A stretch of 64,000 bases of DNA from Candidatus Poribacteria bacterium (GTDB lineage Bacteria; Poribacteria; WGA-4E; PCPOR2b). Below, one piece after another: positions 30,450 to 40,062 of this stretch (position 1 is the stretch's first letter; each line of letters opens with the position of its first letter). Position numbers and translations under genes: made by a program. The stretch covers positions 832,001 through 896,000 of the forward strand of contig OZ244042.1 in the NCBI GenBank assembly GCA_965215015.1, in the 5' to 3' direction. The notes below the pieces were generated by a model. That model was given only the letters and a program-made list of their open reading frames with translations, made no database searches and had not been told where the DNA came from.

Positions 30450-30639
30450 TAACGCAAGTTGCCACCCAACACCTGTCACCCCATTGGGGCTTTAGGGAAT
30501 TTGGGTGAAACATGCTCTATATACATGGTGCTCCTCTGGGGCGCAAGCAGCGGAGGTATCAGCATCCTATAGACATATCGCTCCTCTGGAGCGAAAGACT
30601 AAGCACTTTGGCTTTAGCAGAACCTAGCAACTTGCGTTA
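30450..30639. mobile_element. MITE-like element, family C
   Basis: Perfect 13-bp terminal inverted repeat TAACGCAAGTTGC / GCAACTTGCGTTA. Two internal direct copies of CTATAxACATxxxGCTCCTCTGGxGCG. Confidence 0.65.
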
Positions 30640-30703
30640 TATTAACACAGATCTATTTTTACTGGAAAATCGTTAAACGACTGATTACGATGGAGATGAT
30701 GTT

Positions 30704-31636
30704 ATGACGAGTACAACGAAAAATGATTTGCCCCAACCGACAGCCGACCTTAGTATAGCAAAGGCACATTTAGATGAATTTGGCTATTGTCTACTCGCTA
30801 ACGCGCTCACTCCAAAGCAGGTTGAGGCGTTACGCACTCGATTGGTAGAGCAGGCAGCTGCGGAAAAGCAACAAGGGCTTGCTTTTGAGGATGGCAGCAA
30901 GGAAAAGAGCAGCGGTATCAATCAGCGGGTCTGGATGCTGATTAACAAGGGCAAAATTTTTCATGAACCGCTGCTCCACAAGGAGGTACACGAACTCATT
31001 AGACATGTTCTCGGCGAGCAATACCTGTTGTCGTGTTATACCGCCAATATTGCCAAGCCGGGCGGCGTAGCGATGAATCTACACACCGACCAGTGGTGGA
31101 TGCCGCCACCGACCCGGCGCGATCGTTCCCCGCTCCCCGTCGGGTCAATTACGCGGGAACGTCGAGATGTGGATGACGCCGGCCCACCGTCGATGATTGC
31201 ACCAGCTGTTGTTGTCAATGTTATGTGGATGCTGGTTGATTTCACCCCTGAAAACGGCGGCACCCGCCTCGTACCCCGAAGCCATCTGACCGGACGACAT
31301 CCGGACAAAGAACTGGATCGGGATGTTGAACCGATTGCTGCCGAGGGCCCCGCTGGCACGGCGATGGTGTTTGACGGTCGCATGTGGCACGGGACCGGCG
31401 CGAATGTGAGCGACGGTCCGCGGCTAGGGGTGCTGTCAACATTCTGCGGACCCCAATTCCGGACGCAAGAGAATTTAACGGTCGGCACATCAAAGGAGGT
31501 CTTGGAGAACGCGCCTCCGGAACTGTTGGCGTTGCTCGGCTTCAAGGTGTGGAACGCTTATGGCCGTGTCGAAAGTCCCGCCGTTGATTTCATATCACCC
31601 GACGAGATCTCTCTGGGGGAATTGCGCCCGGAGTAA
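30704..31636 (+). CDS. phytanoyl-CoA dioxygenase (PhyH) family Fe(II)/2OG enzyme
   Basis: LHTDQ, DFTPENGGTRLVPRSH, WHGTGAN, PRLG (canonical HxD...H). Confidence 0.9.
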   Translation: MTSTTKNDLPQPTADLSIAKAHLDEFGYCLLANALTPKQVEALRTRLVEQAAAEKQQGLAFEDGSKEKSSGINQRVWMLINKGKIFHEPLLHKEVHELIRHVLGEQYLLSCYTANIAKPGGVAMNLHTDQWWMPPPTRRDRSPLPVGSITRERRDVDDAGPPSMIAPAVVVNVMWMLVDFTPENGGTRLVPRSHLTGRHPDKELDRDVEPIAAEGPAGTAMVFDGRMWHGTGANVSDGPRLGVLSTFCGPQFRTQENLTVGTSKEVLENAPPELLALLGFKVWNAYGRVESPAVDFISPDEISLGELRPE

Positions 31637-31707
31637 TTGTAAGTCAGCAAACCTGAATAGAAAGTCACCTTGCCGGCCTCATCTTGCCTGCGGATCAAAG
31701 GCCAAGA

Positions 31708-32199
31708 TCACGCCCCCCTTTTGCTGTGGGCTTGTCGATACACCGCCCAGTTTCGACGCATCGGTCCGAATTCAAGGAAAACGCAGTTTCGTTCAAATGC
31801 CTCCTTGATTGCATCTGCCTCAATTAGCGAACAACAGAGCGGTTTCTCGGCATACATCCCCTTGACACCGTGTTCCGCCCCATAAATCATCGCCTCGGCG
31901 TGCTGCTCCGGTCGGGTTGTAATACTGAGGATATCGGGTTTCTCCACATCAATTAGCTCACGATAATCCGCGTACCCCCGCGGCACGTTCCAGCGTTGTT
32001 GAAACGCTTCCCGCTTCTCCTCCACGATATCGCACGCGGCGACCATTTCTGTCTCCTCAACGACCGCATAGCCCCCGGCGTGGCAGTAAGGTAACACCAA
32101 ACCACCACGCTGGGGGCCTTGTTTCCTTCTCGCTATCTGTTCATCTTCAATAGTGTTCGCCATGCGGCCGCAGCCGATGATACCGATCTTTAGTTTCAT
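31708..32199 (-). pseudogene. 3'-truncated Gfo/Idh/MocA oxidoreductase
   Basis: IGIIGCGRMA and YAEKPL, but it ends at 163 aa right after GPMRR, so the C-terminal domain is missing. Confidence 0.7.
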
Positions 32200-32634
32200 A
32201 TGGACTCCCTCCTAATAACCTTCGGTGCTAGTTGGCAAGGATATCGTTGCCCCATCGTTCAAGAGTTCATTGGTGTAGGTCGGGCTAGGGAGTTCGACCT
32301 ACAGGGATCATTTAAAAACGCCCCAAGAAACCGAGTTTTTGCCAAGTGGGGGCGGGATGACTCCGACCCCGATAAATCGAGATGCAAGCACCTACGGTTT
32401 CAATTGCACGATTTCTTAACATAAGCCAAGAAAGTTAGAGATTTAAGGATTTACGTCAGGTCGCTAAAATCAAGATTTCACACTGCTACACGTTGGTCCA
32501 TAGATATGGTGTTTTAATGCCTTCCAAGAGCAAGAAGGTGGTGTTGAGTTTCTGCCGTAACGGGGGGTAGTCAAATACGAACCACTGTTGACCTTGACTG
32601 TTTGTCACCATCCGGTTCGGCGTGAAGAGAAGGA

Positions 32635-33387
32635 TTATTCCATTGACCTCGAAAAGGGATAATCTCGTATACGTAAATCTGTCCGCCATTCAGACATATT
32701 GCCGCCTTTTTTGCTTTTGGCCTTATTAATTTGTGCCCAAGACTCGCCCATCTGTTTGACAAAAAGCGGAACATTCGCTATATAGCATTGGTCTCGGATC
32801 TGGATAACCCAGTCTTCGTGCATGGGTCTCGCCCTTGGGCCTGATTCCCCACCAACAATCACCCAATCAATTCGATCCAAGCTCAAACCTGAAATCGGGC
32901 CAAGTAATGGTTCAAGGGAGAGGAATTTGGTTACGGCATCCGTTTTTCTCAGACGATCAATGCGGAAAGTATAATCTTGGTTTTCAACGCTGACGCCCAT
33001 CCACACGTTATCTGGCCAATCAATCTGACCGTTCAACTCCAGCAACCGTTGAGAACGCTTCGTCAGAACTTGGAACTGATGCCAAGACGCACGCCGCATC
33101 ACCTTAAAGACTTCCAGAATAAAATCTACAGGAACCTCATCATGAAACAGGTCACTCATTGAATTGACAAAAATCAACTGAGGTTTTTTCCACGAAAGGG
33201 GTTTTTCTAGCATCCGTTCATGGACCGTGGGATCGAATCCATTTGCGTAGTTCCGTTGCCCCATCGCTTGCAGACGCAAGGACATCCTTTCCGCATAACA
33301 ATGCTTACAACCCGGGCTGATCTTTGTGCAGCCTGTTACTGGATTCCAGGTGGCTTCGGTCCATTCAATGCTTGATTTAGTGGACAT
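32635..33387 (-). CDS. DUF5131 / phage Gp37-Gp68 family protein (three-Cys Fe-S motif)
   Basis: SSIEWTEATWNPVTGCTKISPGCKHCYA, FVNSMSDLFH, QVLTKR, SLEPLLG, WVIVGGESG. Confidence 0.93.
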   Translation of the reverse strand: MSTKSSIEWTEATWNPVTGCTKISPGCKHCYAERMSLRLQAMGQRNYANGFDPTVHERMLEKPLSWKKPQLIFVNSMSDLFHDEVPVDFILEVFKVMRRASWHQFQVLTKRSQRLLELNGQIDWPDNVWMGVSVENQDYTFRIDRLRKTDAVTKFLSLEPLLGPISGLSLDRIDWVIVGGESGPRARPMHEDWVIQIRDQCYIANVPLFVKQMGESWAQINKAKSKKGGNMSEWRTDLRIRDYPFSRSME

Positions 33388-33396
33388 AATGACTCT

Positions 33397-34248
33397 TCAC
33401 TCCTTCAGGATATCTTGCGCGATGTCGACTGCCGTTGGTGCACCTCTTGGGTTTCCCGCTGCAAAGCAGAGCAGATACAGTGGGTTGTTTCGTGAGTTAT
33501 AAAGACGAAGCGGATTCTTTGCTACCTTTGTAAACACGGTCCGTAAGCGTTTGACGAAATATTGGGCGATTGATTGGAAATCGACCTTTTTCCGAGTTAC
33601 CATTTCTTTACCAAACAGGGTTGTTTCTGAAACAGTTTCGTAAACCGTATCATACCAATCGGTAGTACCAAAAAACCTGTCAAGTTTGTCTCGCACAGTG
33701 GTGTCAACATTACCATCTTTTTTGAGTAATCTATTGACTGCAATACCGAGCGGAAAGAGTATCCATAAATCAATTGCCCGTGTGTTGGCAATCGCAGCTA
33801 TTGTGCGCCACTCTACTTCCATGCCATAAGGATCGAGAAATAAAACGGCCCGATGTATCCTCCAGTCCCTGTCACATAGGTCATTCAAATACTTATTTGC
33901 ATCGGATTGAACCAATTCGATATCGTTTGACGGGAATTCAGCTTTGAGTTTTTGTAATTCAGTGAACCGGTTTTCGTTCTTTTCGATAAAAATATATTTT
34001 GGGAATCTCGGTTGGACTTGAAGCGCAATCCGCGCAGAACCCTCTACTTCTTGTTTTGCTATTTCAGGGAACATCAGATTAGCATCTTGCTCGTATACCC
34101 GCCATCCCGTACCAGCAAAAGCATCTATATACGCAAAGTGAAAATTCTTATCCTTCATAATCGTTGTATACGCCTTAAGATACTTTCGTACACGCTCCAA
34201 TTTTTCCGTTGTCCAATCGCCCCCGAAGTTTTGTTGGCCTTGTCTCAT
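33397..34248 (-). CDS. tcmP: three-Cys-motif partner protein TcmP (SAM-dependent methyltransferase-like)
   Basis: FGGDWTTEKL, YIDAFAGTG, GSARIAL, FLDPYGM, PLYLLCFA. Directly upstream of DUF5131. Confidence 0.88.
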   Translation of the reverse strand: MRQGQQNFGGDWTTEKLERVRKYLKAYTTIMKDKNFHFAYIDAFAGTGWRVYEQDANLMFPEIAKQEVEGSARIALQVQPRFPKYIFIEKNENRFTELQKLKAEFPSNDIELVQSDANKYLNDLCDRDWRIHRAVLFLDPYGMEVEWRTIAAIANTRAIDLWILFPLGIAVNRLLKKDGNVDTTVRDKLDRFFGTTDWYDTVYETVSETTLFGKEMVTRKKVDFQSIAQYFVKRLRTVFTKVAKNPLRLYNSRNNPLYLLCFAAGNPRGAPTAVDIAQDILKE

Positions 34249-34555
34249 TCCACTCCTCCTAGTCTTAATTATACCACATATACGTTAAGCATTCAATTTT
34301 ATATTACGACTGTAGTTTTCACTATGATTTCCACTCCCACCGTCGACCCGTTCATTCCTGAAGCATAGGCAGCAGAGCATTAAACCGATTATATAGCACA
34401 TTGAAATTTTAAGCAACGGATAAAACGAGAGAACCTCAAGCAAAATCAGTTGTTGCTTTTTCTGAAAGACTCGTATACAATAATTCGGGACACAATCAAC
34501 AGGCATTAGAACGTTCAACCCCTTTCCGCTTATTGTTGAGTTGAGGAGATAGAAC

Positions 34556-34723
34556 ATGCCAACTCCGATGGAAGAATACCTGTTCGACCTGCACGGTTAC
34601 ACAGTTATCAAGGGTGCACTCGATCCCGATCATCTCCGCGCTATGAACAATTTTCTTGATGCGCTACCACAGCGGCGGGCAATTGTCCAACCAATCATAC
34701 CTCGCAGACCACCCATAAAATAA
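34556..34723 (+). pseudogene. truncated PhyH N-terminal fragment
   Basis: GAGGAG RBS, then MPTPMEEYLFDLHGYTVIKGALDPDHLRAMN, which resembles the N-termini of the 34843 and 43093 proteins. It stops after 55 aa, just before a family B repeat. Confidence 0.7.
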
Positions 34724-34726
34724 AGA

Positions 34727-34819
34727 GGCCCATATCACAAAGAAAGTGTTAAACGCTAGGAGAAACCGAGTTTTTTCTTGAAAACTCGGTTTCTGTTGCA
34801 CAATTTCTTAACATGAGAC
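34727..34819. repeat. dispersed ~90-bp repeat, family B
   Basis: Matches 14024-14114. Contains the hairpin AGAAACCGAGTTTT...AAAACTCGGTTTCT. Confidence 0.7.
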
Positions 34820-34842
34820 GAGAAATAAGAAAGGAGACCGGT

Positions 34843-36384
34843 ATGGACAAACGAGAAATCACCAACGAAGAGAATTATCATTTCGACGTGACGGGTTATC
34901 TTATCGTCCCCGGTGTTTTGACCGCGGATCAGCTGAAAGCCTGCAACAAAGCACTCGATCAGTTAGAAACCGCTGACGGGGCGATCCCATCAAGCGTGTC
35001 TTCCTGCTCTGCTTTACACTTCCTGCGCGATCATCCTGTGTTGATGCAGTATTTGGAGGAGATCTGCGGTGAAAATTTCCGGATAGACCGGTCACCTCAC
35101 CTGATCGAGGTCAAGGGTGATTGCTCTGAAGATGGCAAGGTATCTCTGGCAGGAGGTAGCGAATGGCAGGACTGGTCCCGCGCTTATCGTCAGCACAATG
35201 GCTCCCGTTTCTGTCAGGGCCTGCGGGCGATATGGGCATTGGGGGATGTAAACGAAGGCGATGGCGGATTGGTGGTGGTTTCAGCAAGCCATAACAGCTC
35301 GGTCGATGCTCCCCAAGAACTGGTGAAGGGAGATGACGATATGGGTTTGGTTATGCAACCGGTTTTGCAGGCAGGCGATTTGTTGTTATGCGCTGAATCC
35401 CTGATGTGGGGGATACGTTCTTGGCGAGGGAAAGGGCCCCAACGCCTGCTTGAATGCGGCTATATCAGTGCCGAAGTCCGTCCGTCCGCAGGGTCTGAAA
35501 TTACCGGCGAAGACGATATGATGCCCGAATGGACAGCGGAACTAACGCCGGTGCAGCGCGCCGTGTTACATAACCCCAATCGAGGCTATCCACCGCCTGT
35601 GGTGCACTCGGATGGTAAGATGGTTTCGCTGGCAGCGGAGCCCGATATCTTTCACCCTTCAATCTATAAACGAGATCCGGATTCGGGGATCGACGAGAAG
35701 GAATTTTTTCACTGGGATCTGTGCGGTCACCTTGTGTTACGAGGAGTGATGGATGCAGACTGGCTGGCAGCGGCTAACGAAGCGATTGATGCCAACGCCG
35801 ACCGGATCAGCACCGGCGGTTCTGCGGCTGGAGATTCAAAGCCGTTAGCGGGGACGGGGGTAGGCAGATCGTCAATGGGCAATCCGTGGCAGCTACCCGC
35901 GCCGTATGGCGAGCCGTTCCAAAGGATGATTGCTCATCCCGCCCTGATTCAACGCTTGAATTGGATCATGGGCAGCGGGTTCGAGTGTATGATGTGCAAC
36001 GCGTTCTTGTCGGGGAAAGGGTCATCTGGACATGCTCTGCACGCCAACGGTTTTCCATCAAGGGTGACCAACCACTACCGCCAGCAAAATGGTCGTGTCT
36101 ATAGTGAGTATCTCAATGTCGCTTGGCAATTGCGCGATGTCACCTTGGCGGATGGCGGCTTTGTTTGTGTGCCGGGCAGTCATAAGACGAGCTATCCCAT
36201 GCCCGACGGAATCCGGACGTGCGATAACGAGATGGGTATGGTGCGGCATGTGGAGATGAAGGCAGGCGATGTGCTCCTTTTCCTGGCATCGGCCCAAACT
36301 CACGGGGCGTACCCTTGGACAGGAGAACAGAACCGCCGAATGATCTTCTTCCAGTACCGGTCCCGGAATTTGTATGCACCTTAA
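34843..36384 (+). CDS. tandem two-domain PhyH-family dioxygenase
   Basis: Two copies of the E.YxF/WDxxGxL...DGGxxxVxxSH...AGDxL fold. AAGGAG RBS. Confidence 0.85.
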   Translation: MDKREITNEENYHFDVTGYLIVPGVLTADQLKACNKALDQLETADGAIPSSVSSCSALHFLRDHPVLMQYLEEICGENFRIDRSPHLIEVKGDCSEDGKVSLAGGSEWQDWSRAYRQHNGSRFCQGLRAIWALGDVNEGDGGLVVVSASHNSSVDAPQELVKGDDDMGLVMQPVLQAGDLLLCAESLMWGIRSWRGKGPQRLLECGYISAEVRPSAGSEITGEDDMMPEWTAELTPVQRAVLHNPNRGYPPPVVHSDGKMVSLAAEPDIFHPSIYKRDPDSGIDEKEFFHWDLCGHLVLRGVMDADWLAAANEAIDANADRISTGGSAAGDSKPLAGTGVGRSSMGNPWQLPAPYGEPFQRMIAHPALIQRLNWIMGSGFECMMCNAFLSGKGSSGHALHANGFPSRVTNHYRQQNGRVYSEYLNVAWQLRDVTLADGGFVCVPGSHKTSYPMPDGIRTCDNEMGMVRHVEMKAGDVLLFLASAQTHGAYPWTGEQNRRMIFFQYRSRNLYAP

Positions 36385-36562
36385 GGGAGAGATTGGCGAT
36401 TATTATAGTCAGAATAACGGTCAAAAAGCGCAGTTTCTGGCAGGGACAATATATCCAATTCGGCATAGGAGCCCCAAATCTGCATTCGCAACTTGGGTTT
36501 GCTTATGTTGAGAGCGTTTTGGCGTTCGGCTCTTGTTGTCTTTTGCTATCAAGTTTCACCCA

Positions 36563-37156
36563 TTATACCGACCTATGCGCTACAACAATAAATCCAGCCA
36601 AGCCGCCGAGGAGAATCTGAAAGCCTGTTTGGTAAAGCAAGATAGCAAAAGGTTGACAGAGAAAGACCAATCCAAGCACGATTGCACCGATTGAGATGCG
36701 TTCGATTAACAGTTTTCGTGGGGATATAATCGCGAGCACAATTATGCCCGTCAAAATAAGGTGAAGTCCGCTGCTTTGCAGAAGCTCGCTAAAGGATTGG
36801 TAAAGGGCAACAAACCCGATTGTCAGGATCACCGTCGATGCAATTTCTGTGAATCGACTCAGGCGTGTTGTCATGCCAAAAGCGATTGCGCTGGCAGAAA
36901 GTAGGTAGAAAGCAGAATCGCGTAAAACTGGGGAGAGGGGCAAATAAAGAAATAAAAAACCGGCGATAAGTCCTAATCCAGCAATCATTCCGATGATTCG
37001 CTTGTCCGAAAAGAAGAGGGCGGATAAGATAGCGGAAATGATTAGCAGCGGTAAAGCAACTCCCCGGAGCAAAACTGAGGACGGTTGATAGAGAAACACC
37101 AAACCGACAATAAGGGCCCCACCAGCAATCAGCTGATTACGACGTTGCTTTGTCAT
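36563..37156 (-). CDS. hypothetical membrane protein built from four ~48-aa repeats
   Basis: Repeats GLVFLYQP / GFLFLYLP / GFVALYQS / GLVFLCQP. About 8 TM segments. Confidence 0.65.
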   Translation of the reverse strand: MTKQRRNQLIAGGALIVGLVFLYQPSSVLLRGVALPLLIISAILSALFFSDKRIIGMIAGLGLIAGFLFLYLPLSPVLRDSAFYLLSASAIAFGMTTRLSRFTEIASTVILTIGFVALYQSFSELLQSSGLHLILTGIIVLAIISPRKLLIERISIGAIVLGLVFLCQPFAILLYQTGFQILLGGLAGFIVVAHRSV

Positions 37157-37188
37157 TGATTGAATCCTCAAAGCTTATCCAAAGGACT

Positions 37189-37683
37189 CTAGGAACCTTT
37201 GGACTCTCGCCGTCCGAAGATGTCCCAAAATTTTTTACGGGAAGCAGCTTCAGCCGCCTCTCGTAGCTGGATTTGCTCTGCTAGCTCACTCTCTAAGGTA
37301 TCAACCCTTTGTTGTAATTCTTTGGTGTGGTACCGCAATTGCTCATTTTGTTCTTGTAACTCTTGATGTTTGCTTGTTAAATCCGCATTCTCCTCTTGAA
37401 CAAGCGTGAGGTGCAACACCTGACTAGCGAGATTTTTAATAATGTCTGAGGTTGGGATATTAAACGCCAGTTTGGTGATGAGCAACGGCAGCCCTTCACG
37501 CTCTAAAAGCAGCGTTTGAGGTTGGGAGAATGAGAGGTTGACACCTGCTTCTTCTCCCGAAACATCGGGATCACGCAGATAAGGGGCGAGATCTTCATCA
37601 CGGCGTTCAAGGCTTTGTCGAATAATAGCCTCTTCGACGCCAATCATACTCGCAATTTCGGATACGGTGAGCGGAACTGCCAT
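37189..37683 (-). CDS. hypothetical protein (HTH-like N-terminus, coiled coil, C-terminal amphipathic RKKFWDIFG)
   Basis: LTVSEIASMIGV and a long E/Q/L heptad stretch. Confidence 0.6.
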   Translation of the reverse strand: MAVPLTVSEIASMIGVEEAIIRQSLERRDEDLAPYLRDPDVSGEEAGVNLSFSQPQTLLLEREGLPLLITKLAFNIPTSDIIKNLASQVLHLTLVQEENADLTSKHQELQEQNEQLRYHTKELQQRVDTLESELAEQIQLREAAEAASRKKFWDIFGRRESKGS

Positions 37684-37707
37684 GTTATATGTTCTCTGAC
37701 TTGGCTG

Positions 37708-38346
37708 CTACGTTGCTTTTTTGGGGCGATTTTTGTCCTGTTGCAACAAACGCAACAACTGCCAACTATAGTTCGAGACCGAAACCATCGCGAACGCTAA
37801 ACCGATGCATAAAACATAAAAGGGAATAGATGGAGGGATTAATTTACTATCCACTAAGACATTATCCGCTAAGCCGTAGAGAACTAGAGCGGTTGCAAGG
37901 AAAAAGGTGGTGCATTTGCCCCACCCATCAGATCGGGCAATGGTCTGCGTTCGATGGAACAGAAAAATGTTGGCAATCACAATTAAAACATCTCGAATAA
38001 TCACAATGACAAAAGCCCAGAGCGGGAAACTTGAGTTAGATAAAATGAGGGCAATAATCACTGCACTGATTATCGTCTTATCAGCAATTGGGTCTAAAAT
38101 CTTACCCAGATTGGTGCGCTGATTCAGACGTCGTGCGAAGTAACCATCAAGCATGTCGGTCAGAATTGCCAGTCCGCCTATCACCAACACCGCCAAGTGG
38201 GATCGACGAATGATGGCGTGAAAGATAAATGGGGTCAACCCAAGCCGTATGATGGACAATAGGTTGCTGACATAGAAAAAATTCCGCACCGCAATTAGCG
38301 AGCTAGATGTTTGAGGAGAGTGATTTGAAGCGAGTTGACGTTGCAT
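37708..38346 (-). CDS. pgsA: CDP-alcohol phosphatidyltransferase (PgsA-like)
   Basis: SNLLSIIR and the signature TDMLDGYFARRLNQRTNLGKILDPIADK. Confidence 0.88.
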   Translation of the reverse strand: MQRQLASNHSPQTSSSLIAVRNFFYVSNLLSIIRLGLTPFIFHAIIRRSHLAVLVIGGLAILTDMLDGYFARRLNQRTNLGKILDPIADKTIISAVIIALILSNSSFPLWAFVIVIIRDVLIVIANIFLFHRTQTIARSDGWGKCTTFFLATALVLYGLADNVLVDSKLIPPSIPFYVLCIGLAFAMVSVSNYSWQLLRLLQQDKNRPKKAT

Positions 38347-38389
38347 TGTTGTCCTCGATTCCGAGAGCAGCGATAAAAAAAATCGCCGT

Positions 38390-39097
38390 TTAATTCAGAG
38401 AGGCGTTTTCCCACGGTGATACGTTAGTGTCGTGCTTTTCAAAATTTCTTCGAGCAATCAGGCTTATTTTCAATCTTCGATTTTCTCGTTCAAGAAGTTC
38501 AGTTTCTCTGTTCAAAAGCCGATGTATAGATAATGTCTCTATTAACTGTTGTTTGTATGTCAGGGGAATCTGGAGTCGTGTAGCGATTTGGTAAGATAGA
38601 TGATCGGGTGCCGTCGGAATTTCCTCCACAACCTTCCACTGGGGAACCAACTCTGCTAACAACGATTCGTAAGTTCGGTATAACTGAATGGCTCGGACAA
38701 CAGGCATCTCAGAGTCTTCGGGCGGCTCTGTATCATCCACCTCCAATACCTTGACCTGACCAACTAAATAGGGCAGATTCCGCCGAATTTTCACAATTTC
38801 AAAACGGTGCTGCCCCAGCGTTATCAGATTCATCCGACCATCTTCAAGCTGGTCCACCTCTATGATTTTGACAGCAGTTCCAATGAGATAGGGTTCAGCA
38901 TGTTCGCCCACTTCCCTGCCCTTTTTGATGAGGACAATGCCGAAAAGCCGATCATTATCTAAGCAATATTGGATCATCAAGCGATACCTCTGTTCAAAAA
39001 TATGGAGTGGCAAGACACCCCCCGGAAACAGGACAGCCTCCAGTGGGAAGATGGGCATTTCATTCTCAGCGAGTTCTTGGATTAAGTCGGTTTGCAT
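38390..39097 (-). CDS. LON peptidase N-terminal (substrate-binding) domain protein
   Basis: PIFPLEAVLFPGGVLPLHIFEQRY, DGRMNL, C-terminal SLN. Confidence 0.9.
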   Translation of the reverse strand: MQTDLIQELAENEMPIFPLEAVLFPGGVLPLHIFEQRYRLMIQYCLDNDRLFGIVLIKKGREVGEHAEPYLIGTAVKIIEVDQLEDGRMNLITLGQHRFEIVKIRRNLPYLVGQVKVLEVDDTEPPEDSEMPVVRAIQLYRTYESLLAELVPQWKVVEEIPTAPDHLSYQIATRLQIPLTYKQQLIETLSIHRLLNRETELLERENRRLKISLIARRNFEKHDTNVSPWENASLN

Positions 39098-39433
39098 GTG
39101 ATAACCCCCGATTTGATTGATAGACACAGCGGCTGCATGTTTTTGTTAATTTCAAGTGTAGCACACGATGCGATGAGTGTCAATAGAGAAATAGTTCATA
39201 CCAAAAGAAAGCGTAAAACGCTAAGAGCATGAAACGTGACGCCTCGATAGGATTGGGAGAACACCCGGAATATCGCGCGATGTTCCGGGCTGATTGAGCC
39301 AGATTATAGCGCGATAATGTCTGGTATCTTCGTAAGTCTCCGATGAATCAAACCCAACGATACCGGGACGTGAAACGTGAAAACAATTTGTTCATTGATA
39401 TAGTATGCAAGGGAAAAAGGAGAGACGGGACAG

Positions 39434-39975
39434 ATGAAATTTGAATCACAAGGCTTGCTGCTACAGATTGAGAGAGACGCCATAGCATGTCATCTTGAGG
39501 ACAGGATACCGTCTTCAAGCTTCAGAAGCAGAACCATTGCAAAAATCGGGGACATTCCTAACCTTACTTGCATAAGAGGGGACAGTTGCGCGGTTGTGTC
39601 GATCATATTGTATCCGATAAGCCGTTATATGAAACTGTTACAGAGGCTGCCATTGCTGAGGCGACCCACGATCCGCGCTTCCGCAGGGTGAAGCCCTCAG
39701 AAATACCAAAATTCAAAATTGAAAACTCTGTCCTGACACCTCTCCAACCCCTTGAATGTGTCGAAGACTTGGAAATTGGCATTCACGGCTTGTATATCAA
39801 ACACGGTGTGCACAGCGGCCTGTTGCTGCCACAAGTTACAACAGTACACAACTGGAATCGCACTCAATTCCTCCAGGGGGCTTGCGAAAAAGCACAGCTA
39901 TCGGAGGATGCATGGCAAGATCCAGAGACCGAGATATATTTGTTTAGCTCACAGATATCTGGTGAAACACTCTAG
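39434..39975 (+). pseudogene. AmmeMemoRadiSam protein A (AMMECR1 domain), frameshifted
   Basis: LLLQIERDAI, SGTFLTL and GQLRGC..DPRF..SVLTP..GLLLPQV..CEKA lie in different reading frames. Confidence 0.75.
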
Positions 39976-40062
39976 CCTTTCAAAGGTTAGGAGCCTCCTC
40001 ACATCTACTTTCCCCTTTCCAGATGTCTTTAATTATTATAAAATTGCACACCGAAATCTGGA

